This document shows, piece by piece, positions 25,665 to 38,869 of a stretch of DNA of 64,000 nt (position 1 is its first letter; every line of letters begins with the position of its first letter). The position numbers and the translations under genes are program-made. This DNA is from Takakia lepidozioides (lineage: Eukaryota; Plantae; Bryophyta), in contig CM060733.1 in assembly GCA_030704615.1 (NCBI GenBank), forward strand, positions 30,504,001-30,568,000, in the 5' to 3' direction. The notes under the pieces are model-generated. The model was given only the letters and a program-made list of their open reading frames with translations, was not told the DNA's origin and did not search any database.

Positions 25665-26389
25665 TGTCGCACACCTCAATTCGGTAAACTCCCCTTCAAG
25701 TCATAGTTACTCGCTTTGATGCGCGCGCCTGACTCCCAACCTGGCCGCCGGGCCAACTTGGAGTTTCGGCTGCTCACCGGGACATAACGGTCCCCTTCCG
25801 CTTCCCTCTAAACCCTCCACCTATTTGGGACTAGGAGAATTCCCTTTGGTAGATGGCAGTCCGGAACAGCTCCCCACTCTTTGGTCGCTTTCCGGCTCGC
25901 TCGCTTACTCACTAGTTTTTGGTCACCAACGGGCTTGCACCGTTCTCGGGGTTACTACTCCCTATATATACTTCTGTAGCTGTCCGCGGGGGTTTCATAA
26001 CCAGCCATGCCATTTTATGGCGAACCACCACGAAAACCCTCGACTCCCGGTGGTGAGTCGCGGTGAGTCTTGGCCCACTCACCGCGGCCCCAATGGACCG
26101 TGATGAGTCCCAAGACTCCCCACGACTCCCACCTCGAGGTCTCCACCCCATGGTGAGTCCTATGCCACCCCCACTAAGTCCCACTAAGCTACCACCACCC
26201 CTTGTGGAGCCACCTCCACCGCAACCCGGTGTGCGGGGCTCCACCTAGTGAGCGCCTCCGCCTCCTTGAGTGCCTTGGGCACTCAAGGGTGCTTCAGCCC
26301 CCCCATACCTATCGCTGCCGCTGCCCCCACCACAGGGGCAGCCCCTCATGTGTCCCGACCCCCTGCCCTCAAGGCAAAGGGCCGCGACA
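25665..26389 (-). repeat. 3' LTR of chromovirus
   Basis: By eye identical to 31912-32636 except two 1-bp homopolymer indels. Confidence 0.97.
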
Positions 26390-27295
26390 CACACCCCTAC
26401 CAACAGGGAGTCGATGTCCTCATCGACTTGTCCATTTTGTAGAAACGAACATCCAAGTTGTGGCGTCCCACATCAAGGAGTTTGTTTCCGTACCATGGCG
26501 TCCCATGGCAAAGAACCAAACCCCACACTTGACTCCACTCTCCACTAGCTAGTTCGGCCGACTTCCTCCAAGTCCCGGCCAAGGGTGGAGCCTCTCCAGC
26601 TCCTCCCAGTGCACTCTTCTTGGCCTACTTCAAGGCCAAGGAACGATCCTTCCCGAGGATCGAATCGCCTTACTGCAACAACATTGCTTGCGATCGCTCA
26701 TGATGCCGCTTTTGGCATCACCTTGAGCAAGGGTTCACCTGGAACCCTCTTTGACTAGGAAGATAACCTTGAACCAACCGTGCGCCCCAATCACTACAAT
26801 TGGGTCCGCCTTGGAATGCTGGCCTGAGGTACGGGAACACGCCGAAGCCGCACTACGACTTCGTCCCGAGGCTACACGATTATAGTACGTGAACGGAAGC
26901 ACGTAGCTTCCGCGTTAGCCCGCACTACAAGGCAACCCCCTCGGTAGCGCAGTTATAGTACGCGCACGCGCCAGGTGCGCACTAGCACTTGAACTCCCAA
27001 ATAAGGCGCAAGTTTCCTTGCCCCTTGGATGGGGGTCACCCGATTTCGGCACTGCGCAAACACACGATTAACCCAATTTACCTCTCCCACTTTTGTAAGC
27101 TAGCATGCATTCTACACACCAGCCAACCACACCATGCATCACCATTCCAAACACAATAGGACGCACAATATTTGGAACCCATTTCCTTTATCACAAATTT
27201 TTGTACAATACAAGTTTTTGCAATCGGATTCCTGAGCTAGCTAAACCGGGCTAAGCATGCATTTCCTCCCCCACGCTCCAAGGTTGATGTCCCCA

Positions 27296-30200
27296 TCAAC
27301 GCTTCTTCCGCTTTTGAGGTCGCCCTTCGAACGCTGCAACTGCCTCGGATGCGTTTCTCATTTCTGAGGCACGCACCCAAGATGCCTCCACAAGATGATA
27401 GCCCTTCCATTTGACGAGATACTCCGTTTCTCGGTTGTTGAACCTCCTCGACTTAAGTATTGCCTCCACCTCGTACTCGGTTCATTTTCATGATCCAACA
27501 GCATAGGTGGCGGACGCAACACTTGCTGCCGATTCGGACGTGCTTCATCTTTGAAGTAAGGCTTCAAAAGGGAGACATGGAATACTGGGTGCACCTTGCT
27601 GTTTGCTGGCAGCTCCAATTCATACACATCCTCATTCATAACCCTCCGAATGCGAAAGGGACCCGCATACGGAGGTACGAACTTCGGACTCATTTCCGGA
27701 GGTAGTCGAAAATTCTTGATGTTCAACCAGACCTCTGTGCCTGCCTCAAACTTCACTTCCCTCCGCTTCCGATTCGCCTGCCTTTCATACCGTTTCCTAG
27801 CTTTGGCAATGTTGTACTTTGCGAGCTTCAACAAACGCTCGCGTTCTTCCAGTACCGCCGCTACTGCCGGTTCCTCAACGTCCTGGGCGGCCCAACTTGT
27901 CGGCACCAGAGGTGCTTTTCCATAGACCAACACAAAAGGGGAAACTCCCGTCGCGGAGTGTTCTGTGTTATTATAACAGAACTCTGCCGCGTCTAAGTGT
28001 TCCATCCAGTCTGATTGGTCTGCCGACACGTAATTCCGCAAGAATTGCTTCACTACGGAATTCACTCTTTCCGTTTGGCCGTCCGTCGTAGGTCGGAAGG
28101 CGGTGCTCATCTTCAGCCTCGTCCCCATCTTCTTCCAAAGTGCTCTCCAGAATTTACTCGTAAACTTTGGGTCGCGGTCCGAGACAATATCCTTCGGGAC
28201 TCCATGATGCTTTAAGACGTGGGCGAAGTAAAGTCGCCCTGTCTCCTGCGCAGTTGCCGTCTCCTTGGTGGGGATGAAATGGGCCATTTTACTGAACCTA
28301 TCTACCACCACCATGATTGCATCGAATCCTTTTGACAGCGGCATAGCAGTCATGAAATCCATCGAGACGCTTTCCCAAGTCCCCTCTGGAATCGGCAAGG
28401 GTTGTAACAGCCCCGCTTGCTTTTTATACTCGCTCCGGTTTTGTTGGCATGTGGTGCATGTCTTTACATACTCCTCTGCCTCCTCCCTCAGTTTGGGCCA
28501 GAAATACTCTTTCTTCAAGAGTGCCGCAGTGCGCTTGGCTCCACCGTGGCCCGCAAGCGGGCTATCATGGCATTCTCTCAAGAGACTATCCCTGATCCCT
28601 CCCTTTGGCACATAGAGACGTTTTTGCTTATACCGGAGCAGTCCGTTTTGCAAGTGGAACTGCGATTTAACCCCCATTCTCAAGTTCTGCATCACGCACT
28701 TTGCCAGCTCATCCTTCCGGCAAGCCTTCCGGATCTTCCTTTGGAGCGCCGTCTCGCCCTTGTACACCAACAAGAGCTGCTGCTTTCTACTTAAAGCATC
28801 GGCCACCACATTGTCCCGTCCCGGTTTGTACTGGATATCCACGTCGAACACTGCCAAAGTATCTTGCCACCTAAGTTGTTTTGGGGACAACTTGGGCTGC
28901 GTGGCAAAATACTTCACCGTGACATTGTCCGTGAACACCTTCACTGGGTTGGAACCAACATAGTGGCGCCAGAGTTCAAGGCAATGTACCACCGCCTTCA
29001 TCTCTTTTTCGTGCGTCGGCCACCGTCGCTCCACTTCATTCAGTTTCTTACTTTCGTAAGCCACTGGACGTCCATCTTGCATAAGTACACCCCCAATTGC
29101 GAAGTCCGATGCATCTGTATGAATCTCAAACGGACGATCGAACTCGGGATTTTTAAGACTGGAGCTTCCGTCATTCGCTGCTTCAATTCAGCAAAAGCTT
29201 GGCCACAAAATGTGTTCCATACCCAGACTTTGGATTTACACAGAAGGTCCGACAGCGGCCCCGCGATCTTGGCGAAATTTCTCACATACTTCCGGTAATA
29301 GGAGGCGAGTCCTAGGAAGGATCGCACTCCCGGGACCGAAGTCGGAGGCTCCCAGTCCAAGATCGCCCTCACCTTTCTGTCATCCATTTTGATCCCATCC
29401 TGTGTAATCACGTGCCCCAAGAACTCCACTTTTGTGACCCCGAATTCGCACTTTGAAGCTTTGGCATACAGCTTCCCTTCTCGCAATTTTTGGAACACCC
29501 TTTTGAGGTGCTCCAGGTGCTCCTCCTTTGTTTTCGAGTACACCAAGATGTCGTCGATGTACACGATCACAAAGTCATCCAACCACTCCTGGAAAAGGCT
29601 GTTCATTAGCGTGCTAAATGTCGCTGGTGCATTGGTGAGCCCAAAAGGCATCACCAAGAACTCATATGAACCATACCTTGTCCTGCACGCGGTCTTCTCC
29701 TCATCTCCTTCCGCCACCCGAATTTGGTGATAGCCGGAGCGCAAGTCGATCCGGCTGAAATACTTCGCTCCTGCCAACCGATCGAAGAGGTCGTCGATCC
29801 TTGGCAAAGGGTACCGGTTTTTGATAGTCACCTTATTCAGAGCCCTGTAATCGACACACATCCGCAGCGTCCCATCCTTCTTGTCTGCAAATAGCACCGG
29901 GGCTCCGTAAGGTGACTTACTCGGCCGGATGTACCCCTTTGACATTAGATCTTTGAGCTGAGTCTTCAGCTCGACCAACTCTTTGTGGCTCAACCGGTAG
30001 GGCGCCTTGGCAGGCGGTTCCGATCCCGGTATCACCTCAATTTTGTGGTCAACTCCTCTTCGCGGTGGCAAGCCGCTTGGTAAATCCTCCGGCATCACAT
30101 CCTGGTATTTCTCCAAAATCCCCTTGATCCAATCTGGGCTCGGCTCCCCATCGCCTTCTCCTTTCACTTCTCTAATGTAAAGCAAAAACTGGGACTCGTG

Positions 30201-31856
30201 TGTCTCCTCCACGGCCCACTCCTTTGCTGATAGAAGGTTTATTCGCCCTCCCACGGATTTGGGCGTTTCCGACACTCGTAAAACCTCGCCACCATTCCCA
30301 CATGGCAGCGTGACTACTCTCTTGCGGCCATCTATGACCGCTCCGGATTTGCTCAAAAAGGTCATTCCCAAAATGAGATCCACTCCATCGATCTCGCAGA
30401 TAGTGAAGTTCTCACGTCCCTCCCAACTCCCCAGTTGAAGAGGAACATCAAACGCCAACCTTGTCGCCAACTGAGGTTCTCCTTTGGCAGAGCGCACCTC
30501 AATAGAGGCCCCCACGTCACTTGTCGGGAGTCCCAACTTTCGCGCCGCCGCCGGCGTCATGAAGGAGTGCGACGCTCCTGTGTCCACCAACAACGACACA
30601 TTAGTTCCGGATATTATCCCATCCACGAACAATAACTGACTCCCTTTTCGTAAGGCGCCAGTTTCCTGATACAACTCACAAGAAAATTTGCCTACCTTGC
30701 AAGTCCTGGCGACCACCGCTTCCACCAAGCGACTGATGGTATCTTCCGACAGCTCCGTGGTCGCCCGAGTCATGTTCAATTGCCGGGGCTTCGTGCACTT
30801 CTTGGCCATGTGCCCGGGCTCCCCGCAATTGAAACACACTCCATCAAAGGTCGCCTTCTGTCCGCCATAAGTCGCTCCACCCGCTTTTCCTTTCGAAGCA
30901 CCGGGTGCCGCCTTGACGTGTGAAGGACCTCCCTTCGATTTCCACGTGCCATTTTCGCCGCGTGGCCTATCCCACTTCTTTTCCGGTCGGGAGGAGTCCC
31001 CTTCCCGCCGGGTCTTCTTGTGGTTCAGCTCCGTACGGCCTTGTCTCTCACCCCTAGGGACATCCGAGAAACATTCAGCTCTCTCAATTGCCTCGTTCAA
31101 AGTCTTGGGTGGCTTCTCCTCCAACTTCCGCCTAGCCCATGGGGCCAGTCCCGCCACAAAGTTGAAGACCATTTCTGGTTCTGCCATGTCCGCGACTTCG
31201 AGCAACAGCACATTGAAAGCCTGGACATACCCCCGAATGTCATCTGTTTGCTTCAAATTCCTCATCTTGTCCCGGGCAAGCCAGGACGCGTTGAGGGGCA
31301 CAAACTGTCTCTTCATCAATTCCTTGAACTCACTCCAGTTCAAGGTTTCCGGGCTTGGGCCTCGGTCGTGAAGGCGTTTCTGCCACCATTGTTGAGCATA
31401 GCCCCTCAAATAGGTAGGAGCCACTTCCACCCGATCCTCGTCACTCAACTTGGCCGCCCGGAAGTACTGCTCTAGCTCCAGGAGCCAGGTGTTGAGTGCC
31501 TTCCGGTTTCGAACGCCCTCGAAGGTGCCGGGTTCCTTAGGCTTCACCTTAAACTTTGCCTTGGTGGAAGTGGCATTAGCCGCCTTCAACACGTCTTTCA
31601 ACGTCCCGCCAAACTGCGCCAACAACCCTTCCCAAAAGGCTGCCGGCATGGGAGGCATCTCTTGGTTTGTCGGAGCTCTCAAAGATTCCTCGGGCTCCGA
31701 CTCCTCGGATTCCTCCCGCTCCTGAGCGGCCTCGTTTTCGGAAACATTAATCGCTTCCTCAAACGGCCGCCTCGGTGACACGTCGCCCCCATCGGGCTCA
31801 CCGGGATCATCATCTTTTGGGCCGTTCCGCTTTCGCTTCGGCTTGCCCGACCCCAT
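27296..31856 (-). CDS. Gag-Pol polyprotein (Gag with CCHC, aspartic protease, RT, RNase H, integrase, chromodomain); two 1-nt frameshifts at ~29145 and ~27478
   Basis: [14 protein letters not shown]; LLVDTGAS; YIDD; [10 protein letters not shown] after frameshift; [13 protein letters not shown]; SMDF..SDRD..ER; [22 protein letters not shown] chromodomain after frameshift. Confidence 0.93.
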
Positions 31857-31911
31857 GATGAGGCCAATCCCAAGGACGATCGCGTACTGAACTCTAAGCT
31901 CTGATACCAAA

Positions 31912-32636
31912 TGTCGCACACCTCAATTCGGTAAACTCCCCTTCAAGTCATAGTTACTCGCTTTGATGCGCGCGCCTGACTCCCAACCTGGCCGCCGGGC
32001 CAACTTGGAGTTTCGGCTGCTCACCGGGACATAACGGTCCCCTTCCGCTTCCCTCTAAACCCTCCACCTATTTGGGACTAGGAGAATTCCCTTGGTAGAT
32101 GGCAGTCCGGAACAGCTCCCCACTCTTTGGTCGCTTTCCGGCTCGCTCGCTTACTCACTAGTTTTTGGTCACCAACGGGCTTGCACCGTTCTCGGGGTTA
32201 CTACTCCCTATATATACTTCTGTAGCTGTCCGCGGGGGTTTCATAACCAGCCATGCCATTTTATGGCGAACCACCACGAAAACCCTCGACTCCCGGTGGT
32301 GAGTCGCGGTGAGTCTTGGCCCACTCACCGCGGCCCCAATGGACCGTGATGAGTCCCAAGACTCCCCACGACTCCCACCTCGAGGTCTCCACCCCATGGT
32401 GAGTCCTATGCCACCCCCACTAAGTCCCACTAAGCTACCACCACCCCTTGTGGAGCCACCTCCACCGCAACCCGGTGTGCGGGGCTCCACCTAGTGAGCG
32501 CCTCCGCCTCCTTGAGTGCCTTGGGCACTCAAGGGTGCTTCAGCCCCCCCCATACCTATCGCTGCCGCTGCCCCCACCACAGGGGCAGCCCCTCATGTGT
32601 CCCGACCCCCTGCCCTCAAGGCAAAGGGCCGCGACA
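31912..32636 (-). repeat. 5' LTR of chromovirus
   Basis: Followed on the minus strand by the iMet PBS. Confidence 0.97.
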
Positions 32637-33723
32637 TAATAGAATCATAGATCACACATTGTTTGGTTTGTTCGTATGATTGTATTAGTGTTAAAATACA
32701 ATGGTTACAGTTAATGAGTAGATGTTGTAAGCATTTGTTGATGTATTGGCTGCATCTGTATGATGTTGCTCGTATCCTTTTATTAGAGAATTTGCAACGC
32801 ACCTCCTATGTGTTCGTCACTTAACCGTCCGTTTTCGTCAATCAATATATGTTTGTGTTCTTGTATTAATTGGTGTATTCCACTACATTGTTACGTCTTC
32901 AAAGCTAATGGGAATGAGGTTGATGTTGATGGATGCTAATATTTCTGAAAATTGATTAGTGTCTTTTATATTGATTTGAGCTAGTGTTGTTATTATAGTT
33001 ATATCGTTTTGATATTTATGATTTGGGCTTTTGAATTTGATTGTAAATGGATATATGTTTTGTTGGAAATGGGTCTGTATCTTCATCATTGATATGAGAT
33101 GATGGCTTTTGTATAACGTTTGATACATTTGCTTCATGACATTGAGGTTGAATATTATTGCATTGCTCTCATAAATTCAATTCTTCCTCAGTAGTTTGGA
33201 ATTGTTGATGTCAAGTTTGATTTTAACACTATTTTAACTAATTCTGGACTTTTGTTTGGTCCAGAAATAATATGAGAAATATGAATAAACAAAATTTATT
33301 ATTGAAATAAAGTGATATATATGATTATTTTGGTTATTTTATGCACAATATAATCCTCCAAACATTTTTTGGAGACAATATAAGTATGTATTGTGGTCTA
33401 GAAGAACATCCACTGCCAAGTTGACGTTCACAAAAAAATGGGATGATGCAATAAATTACACCATGATGTGAGGTCAGATATGTAAAAACAATTGCACAAA
33501 ATGGTTGTCATATCATATGACATACAAAACCAAACATAGAACAATCATGGCATGTGATGAAGAGGATGACATGAAAGAATGTGTCCACATACATTGATGA
33601 TAAACATTCATATTTTATTAGAGATTGCAACTTTGGCGTTGTAGTCAGACATAATGTAACGTCAACTGTACATCCGTTGGACTTAATGTTATCCAGCGGC
33701 TCGAAGCCGTACAACACCTTACA

Positions 33724-36700
33724 CTAACCCATTAATATTACAGAGCCTCCTCCCAAACGGCTCGCAGTCAAGGCATGTGTTCGAAGACGCCTCCGGTTAC
33801 CACAACCACTTGCAACGGTCTCCGTACCAGATGAAACGGAAATACTTTCGGAGAACTCGAACCTAGTAGTAACATTATCATCCGAAATGTTACTTGGAAC
33901 TCTACTTGTTGAATCTCTTGATGCCCTTGAAGCCTGCCGGGAAGCCCGCCATTCTTGCCAATCACGAAGCTCTTCTTCTTCTTTTCGAATTCGCTCCTTG
34001 AATGTGACTGGGCAAAACAATTTTTCATATGACAAATGTCAGCTGAAATGTGGAACATTTGTAGAAAAAATGATAAAGTAAAAGTGCAAGTGAAAGATAT
34101 TTTTAAGATCAAATTCTCCATAAACAACAAACAGTGGGATAAGTACATACCAAGGTAATCAAGTTCATTTTGTTGTGGGATCCAAACACGAGAATCAACA
34201 TATCTTCCAACCAAGCCAATAGGCATGGTCGCGACCAATAGGCTTACGAGAACACTTGGCAGGGTTCTCGCTGATGTAATCTACGACTGTTGAAGCTGCA
34301 ATCATTTTCAATATATATGGTCACACAGCTTTTATCATATCATCCTGGTCAACCAAGCCCTTTGGTGATGGCTTGTATGAAATAGGGAAGAATCCAGTAT
34401 TTGGTGGGTTTTGGAGGCCCTTTGATGGCTCATCATCGACAAGGAGTATTTGTCTCTACGTTGCAAAGGGTGTACAAGGGTACTTGGCAAGAACAGTGCG
34501 AATATCCTTAACGAGTTACTTCATCCCAGACATGATGTACCCGGTAGTGTCTTTGCAATCCTCAGCTGACCAGATGAAGCAAAACTTCTTCGCAATTTTC
34601 ATAGGAACTAAGCACTCGAGCATCCTACAAAAGAACAACTCTTTCAGCACATGACCAGATCGCCACGTGAAAATGCATGAACGCAAGGTTGAGAAACTCC
34701 AAGACTCCGGGCCGGGGAACCACAAAAGGTCTGTCGGGAACATGAATTGTAACTTTCCTGAAACGAAATCTCTCATTAAACAATTCACCGCCTGTTGGAG
34801 GTGGCCGGTAGCAGAAGAGACCGTTGACACTCAATATTAATAACATCCGTTTTCTCTTCCCCGATGTGGCAAATGAAGGTTGATGGACGATGCCATCATG
34901 CGCAATTTAAGTGTTCCCGCCGTCAGAAACAACACGATGTAGTATTTCTTAGTTTCAGAGTGACCTCTACATTTTCGGAGACATAAGTGTTCCGACAATG
35001 GACTACTGTAAAGGACCAAGAGTAGACCATATATCGAAGAGTTCGAGATCAAAAAAAGATGAATGTCGGCTGTCAAATGGAGGTTAATGGACACACCTTG
35101 TCGGGAGGCGCATTCAAGAAGTTATGCGGCTCCATACTCGCTTGTACAAGAGTTAGTTTGGGACAGCAAAACAAACTACAAACGAAAGTGGAGAAATTGT
35201 TTTGAAATGTACCATTGAAGCCTTATTGGAATGTCTTGCAGAAGAACGGTGGATTCCCGCGGGCTTGGATTGACGAGGCGCCACAACATCTGAGGGAGTC
35301 CTCAAGTGTTTGGAGTCCGCTTTTTTTTTCTTGTCACCCTTTTGTCCGTTGGAAAGATTTCCTGCAGAGGAAAGAAATGGCTCGGGGGCTCTTTTTCGCC
35401 TCTTTGGTGCAGAACATTGTGCCAGCAGTTCAGGGTCACATTGTGTCGATGTTGGAGATTTTTTGTCATTGAACGACGGGAGGAGTGGAGGGGCAACAAC
35501 AGGCAAGCACAGAAAATTGTCCCTTGAGCACTCGATATCCTGGATGGAATGAAAACGCAATGAAGGAATAATTTACCTCGGAACTGCATTCCAATGCAGA
35601 CGTCGTTTGACAGGAAGGGCATAATCTGTAGATTTTCTTACCTAGAGCGACAGATGAATATCAAACCCCAAACTAAGTGAAACTAGGAGAATGAGCAAAG
35701 AGCAAGAAATGAGTTTTAAGTCACCTGACTCCTGCGGATTTGGGCTGTCGGCTGTCCTGGCAGTACTTACTTTGAGGGAACTTGAAGGAAACTGCTGAAG
35801 TTACAAGGCAATTACATACATGAGTAAATTTGAGTTACCTATGGACTCTTCTGATGGGGGTGGGGCTGCAGAGGAGGGAGGAGGATAGAACATGAGAAGT
35901 GGAGGACAAAACAAAATCGAAGAAAAATTCCTCCAAAAACAATAAACCCAAAAAATTGAGCCCAAAAAAACTTTGAAGGCGGTGTGTGTCCAGGTGTCGT
36001 CAACGACATCTTAATTCCCACCTCATGTTTCCACAAACATTTCATGGAAAATCCCAAAAAACTAGAAAATTTGAATCCAACAAAACTACAAAGCCGACAC
36101 CTATGCAGGTCACAGCGATTAAGGTGTCGTCAACGACATCTTAAATCCCACCAGCTGCTGCCACATGTCTTTTCACATTATGGCCCAAAAATGGAAAAAA
36201 CAGAAATCCAACAAAACTTTGAAGGCGGTGCGTGTGCAGGTCGGGGCGATAAGGTGTCGTCAACGACATCTTAATTCCCACAACCTGTTGCGATATGACA
36301 GTTCATGGAAAAACCCAAAAAACCAGGAAAAAAAATGAATCTAAGAAAGCTTTGAAGGCGGTGGGTGTGAAGGGGGGATTAAGGTGTTGTCAACGACATC
36401 TTAATTCCAACAACCTCAACAGAATTTTCAAGGCAGTGCGTGTGCAGGTTGGGGGGATTATGGTGTCGTCAACGACATCTTAATTCCCAACAAGTTCTCA
36501 AAAAACAAAAACAAAAACAAATAAACCGTTTTTTTTTTTTTTTTTTCCTCCTCGAATGTGGCAGATTAAGGTGTCGTTAACGACATCTTAATTCCCAGTA
36601 CGAGTTGGCACATGACAATTCATGGAAAAACCAAAAACCCCAAAAAATTTCACCCAAAAAATTTCAACCCACAAAAATATAATGGCGAACAAGCCTTGGC

Positions 36701-37628
36701 GGTAAGGTGGTGTGTGTGCAGGTGCTGGGGATTAAGGTGTCGTCAACGATATCTTAATACCCAGTACGAGTTGGCATATGACAATTCATGGAAAAATAAA
36801 AAAAATCCCAAAATTCACCCAAAAAAATCTTATGGCGAACAAGCCTTGGCGGTAAGGCGGTGTGTATACAGGTGCTGGGGATTAAGGTGTCGTCAATGAC
36901 ATCTTAACTGGAAAAATGACAAGTAACCCCTCCTCAATCCACAAAGCAATTAAACTCCGGCAGGACAAACCACACGAACCTCGCCTGCCCAGTGGAGGTT
37001 CCTGCGTGTTACTAGGCTTACACCCAAATCTAAAGAAGGCAGAGAGGTGAACTCGTGCTTTACAAATATACTAGAGGTCTAGTGGTCTATGGAGACTAGT
37101 CTACTAGAGTAGCCTAGCCCCGAAGAAAAACCCGTTTTCAAATATCGGAAATTCAGAAAAACAATCGCAAAAAACCATGATCCTAACCCGCCATAACCCT
37201 AATAATCCAGCAGCACCAATAAACCAGGACCACAAACCACGCATACGAACCACCCTTACAAACCACCATACAAACCACCAGCAGAGAAGCAGCAATGCAT
37301 TGAAACACCTAAACAGCTTTAATCAATTCAAACTAATTGAAATAGCTTTGGAACCACATGAATTGAAATGAGATGCTCCGCATCAGATAAGACAGCACAC
37401 TCACGAAACGTGACATGCAAGAAACAAATGGTGTTCTATAACCTCTAGAACGAAAGCGAGTGAGGAAGACAAGTAAACCAATAGCGACGTGGGCGATGTT
37501 GACCAACAAAAACAACAGCAAAACTAAAATGAAATCAACAAACAGAACAAACATCAAAGCGAGCAAGAGAGAATGACATCAAAGCAGATGCGTAAACGAG
37601 AACATTACCTGCTGGATGCGTGAGCCAT
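33724..37628 (-). pseudogene. Multi-exon pseudogene with an FCP1/NIF-type HAD phosphatase domain (domain ~34260-34845)
   Basis: LLILSVNGLF, RPGVLEFLNLAFMHFHVAIWS, FIWSAEDCKDTTG, LVKDI, ILLVDDEPSKGLQNPPNTGFFPISY, VVDYISENP with a frameshift and stops; putative first exon ATGGCTCACGCATCCAGCAG|GT at 37628 and micro-exons near 35727-35795. Confidence 0.7.
35990..36910. repeat. Array of 8 copies of a 24-bp near-perfect palindrome TAAGGTGTCGTCAACGACATCTTA
   Basis: Copies at ~35992, 36120, 36250, 36380, 36459, 36567, 36733, 36883; spacing 79-166 bp; spacers mutually related. Confidence 0.92.
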
Positions 37629-38362
37629 TTCGGTGCCCCTGTTGCTGACCTGAAACACCTGATCCTTAAGCTTCCACCGCTCCGCTCCGCTCTCCCTTAC
37701 GCTCTGCTTCCCTCCCATCTCATGTCTGCACTTGAATATGTTGTCTGCTTCCTTTCCTCCACTGCACTCTCACGCTGCACTGAATAGCACACTCTCTTCT
37801 CTCAGCTCTCACAGCACCCTGCACAACATGCTCTCTACTCTTTATGCTCTCCCCTCTTCAAAACTATTTGTTTTCTAGCGCTAGTCGGTCTTACCGCTTC
37901 CGCAGCGCTTCCGCGTACACAATGGAGTGGCGAAAGGGTGGGCTGAACGACCACACCCCTTATATGGTGCCGTCGCAAAGGATCTGAACCATCGCGTCCT
38001 TTCGAAATCGAACGGTCGCGCGTGTTCCATCCAACATCCATGCAAATATCATCCAATTCATCATTTCCATTCTGTCCATCCATTTTACGAATGACTAGAT
38101 GAAATGAAAAAACAGATGAATGAACGAGAAAATATGACGTTAATGATCCCTTGCACAAGATCATCAATTATAACCCGCGGGATTTTCCCACACCCCACAC
38201 GTGACGATAAATGAAATGTACAAGTCAGATCCTCCTGCGGCGTTTTGCCGCTATGAATTATTGCTCCTGACCATGTCTACATTCGGTGGATTAAGGCTTG
38301 GAATATTTCCTCTGTCACTCATTTATGCCCGCCCTCATTTCGGCCGAGTGTCATAGCTGCAC

Positions 38363-38549
38363 TGTCGTGCGCATACATATCGCTACACAACTAATCGCTG
38401 TCCAAAACCACACAACACATGTGTACACCACACACTAGTATACCACTAGTCCACCACTAGTCCAACCACTAGTCCAACCACTAGGCTACAACTAGTCAGT
38501 CACTAGGCTGCCACTATGCTGCCCACTATGGCAGTCACTAGTCCACACA
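38363..38549 (-). repeat. Duplicate of the 3' LTR segment of the DNMT-bearing gypsy element (TG..CA)
   Basis: Near-identical to 38872-39036, with extra ccactagt units. Confidence 0.8.
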
Positions 38550-38550
38550 A

Positions 38551-38869
38551 TGATAAAGAAGAAGAATACAAGCACGAGCTCACAAATCTGAAGCATAAAC
38601 TCATGCATATATAACCTCATCACTCAAATACAAGTCAAGCCAAGTGCACCCCACGCCATGGGGAATCCACACTACGGCGCCATAGCTAGGCGCGGTGAGG
38701 CTCAACTCGAAGAAAGAAGCCCTTCCACGCTTGCCGTGAAGATAACCACTCCAGGGCCTAAATCTGCCTTGACCCCTGGATTGACACTTGGGCCAATCCC
38801 AAATGTCAATATGTAAAAGCTAGTTATTTCCTAGCTAGTTTCACACACAGTATGTAAAATAACTTGACA
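38551..38869. mobile_element. ~319-bp solo-LTR-like unit (TG..CA); inverted copy at 50705-51021
   Basis: tgataaagaagaagaatac...aacttgaca is the reverse complement of 50705-51021 with few differences. Confidence 0.8.

Larger units (their letters stand above)
25665..32636 (-). mobile_element. Full-length, very young Ty3/gypsy chromovirus LTR retrotransposon
   Basis: 725-bp LTRs (25665-26389, 31912-32636) TGTCGC..GCGACA; 5-bp TSD TAATA; PBS TGGTATCAGAGCT (iMet) at 31897-31909; purine tract next to the 3' LTR; gag-PR-RT-RH-INT-chromo order. Confidence 0.98.

Noticed and set aside
25825-26582. ORFs inside the chromovirus LTRs (also 32092-32679)
   Set aside because: GC-rich LTR sequence duplicated in both LTRs; low-complexity translations
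35990-36910. CRISPR array
   Set aside because: Spacers are long, variable in length and homologous to each other; no cas genes; eukaryotic context
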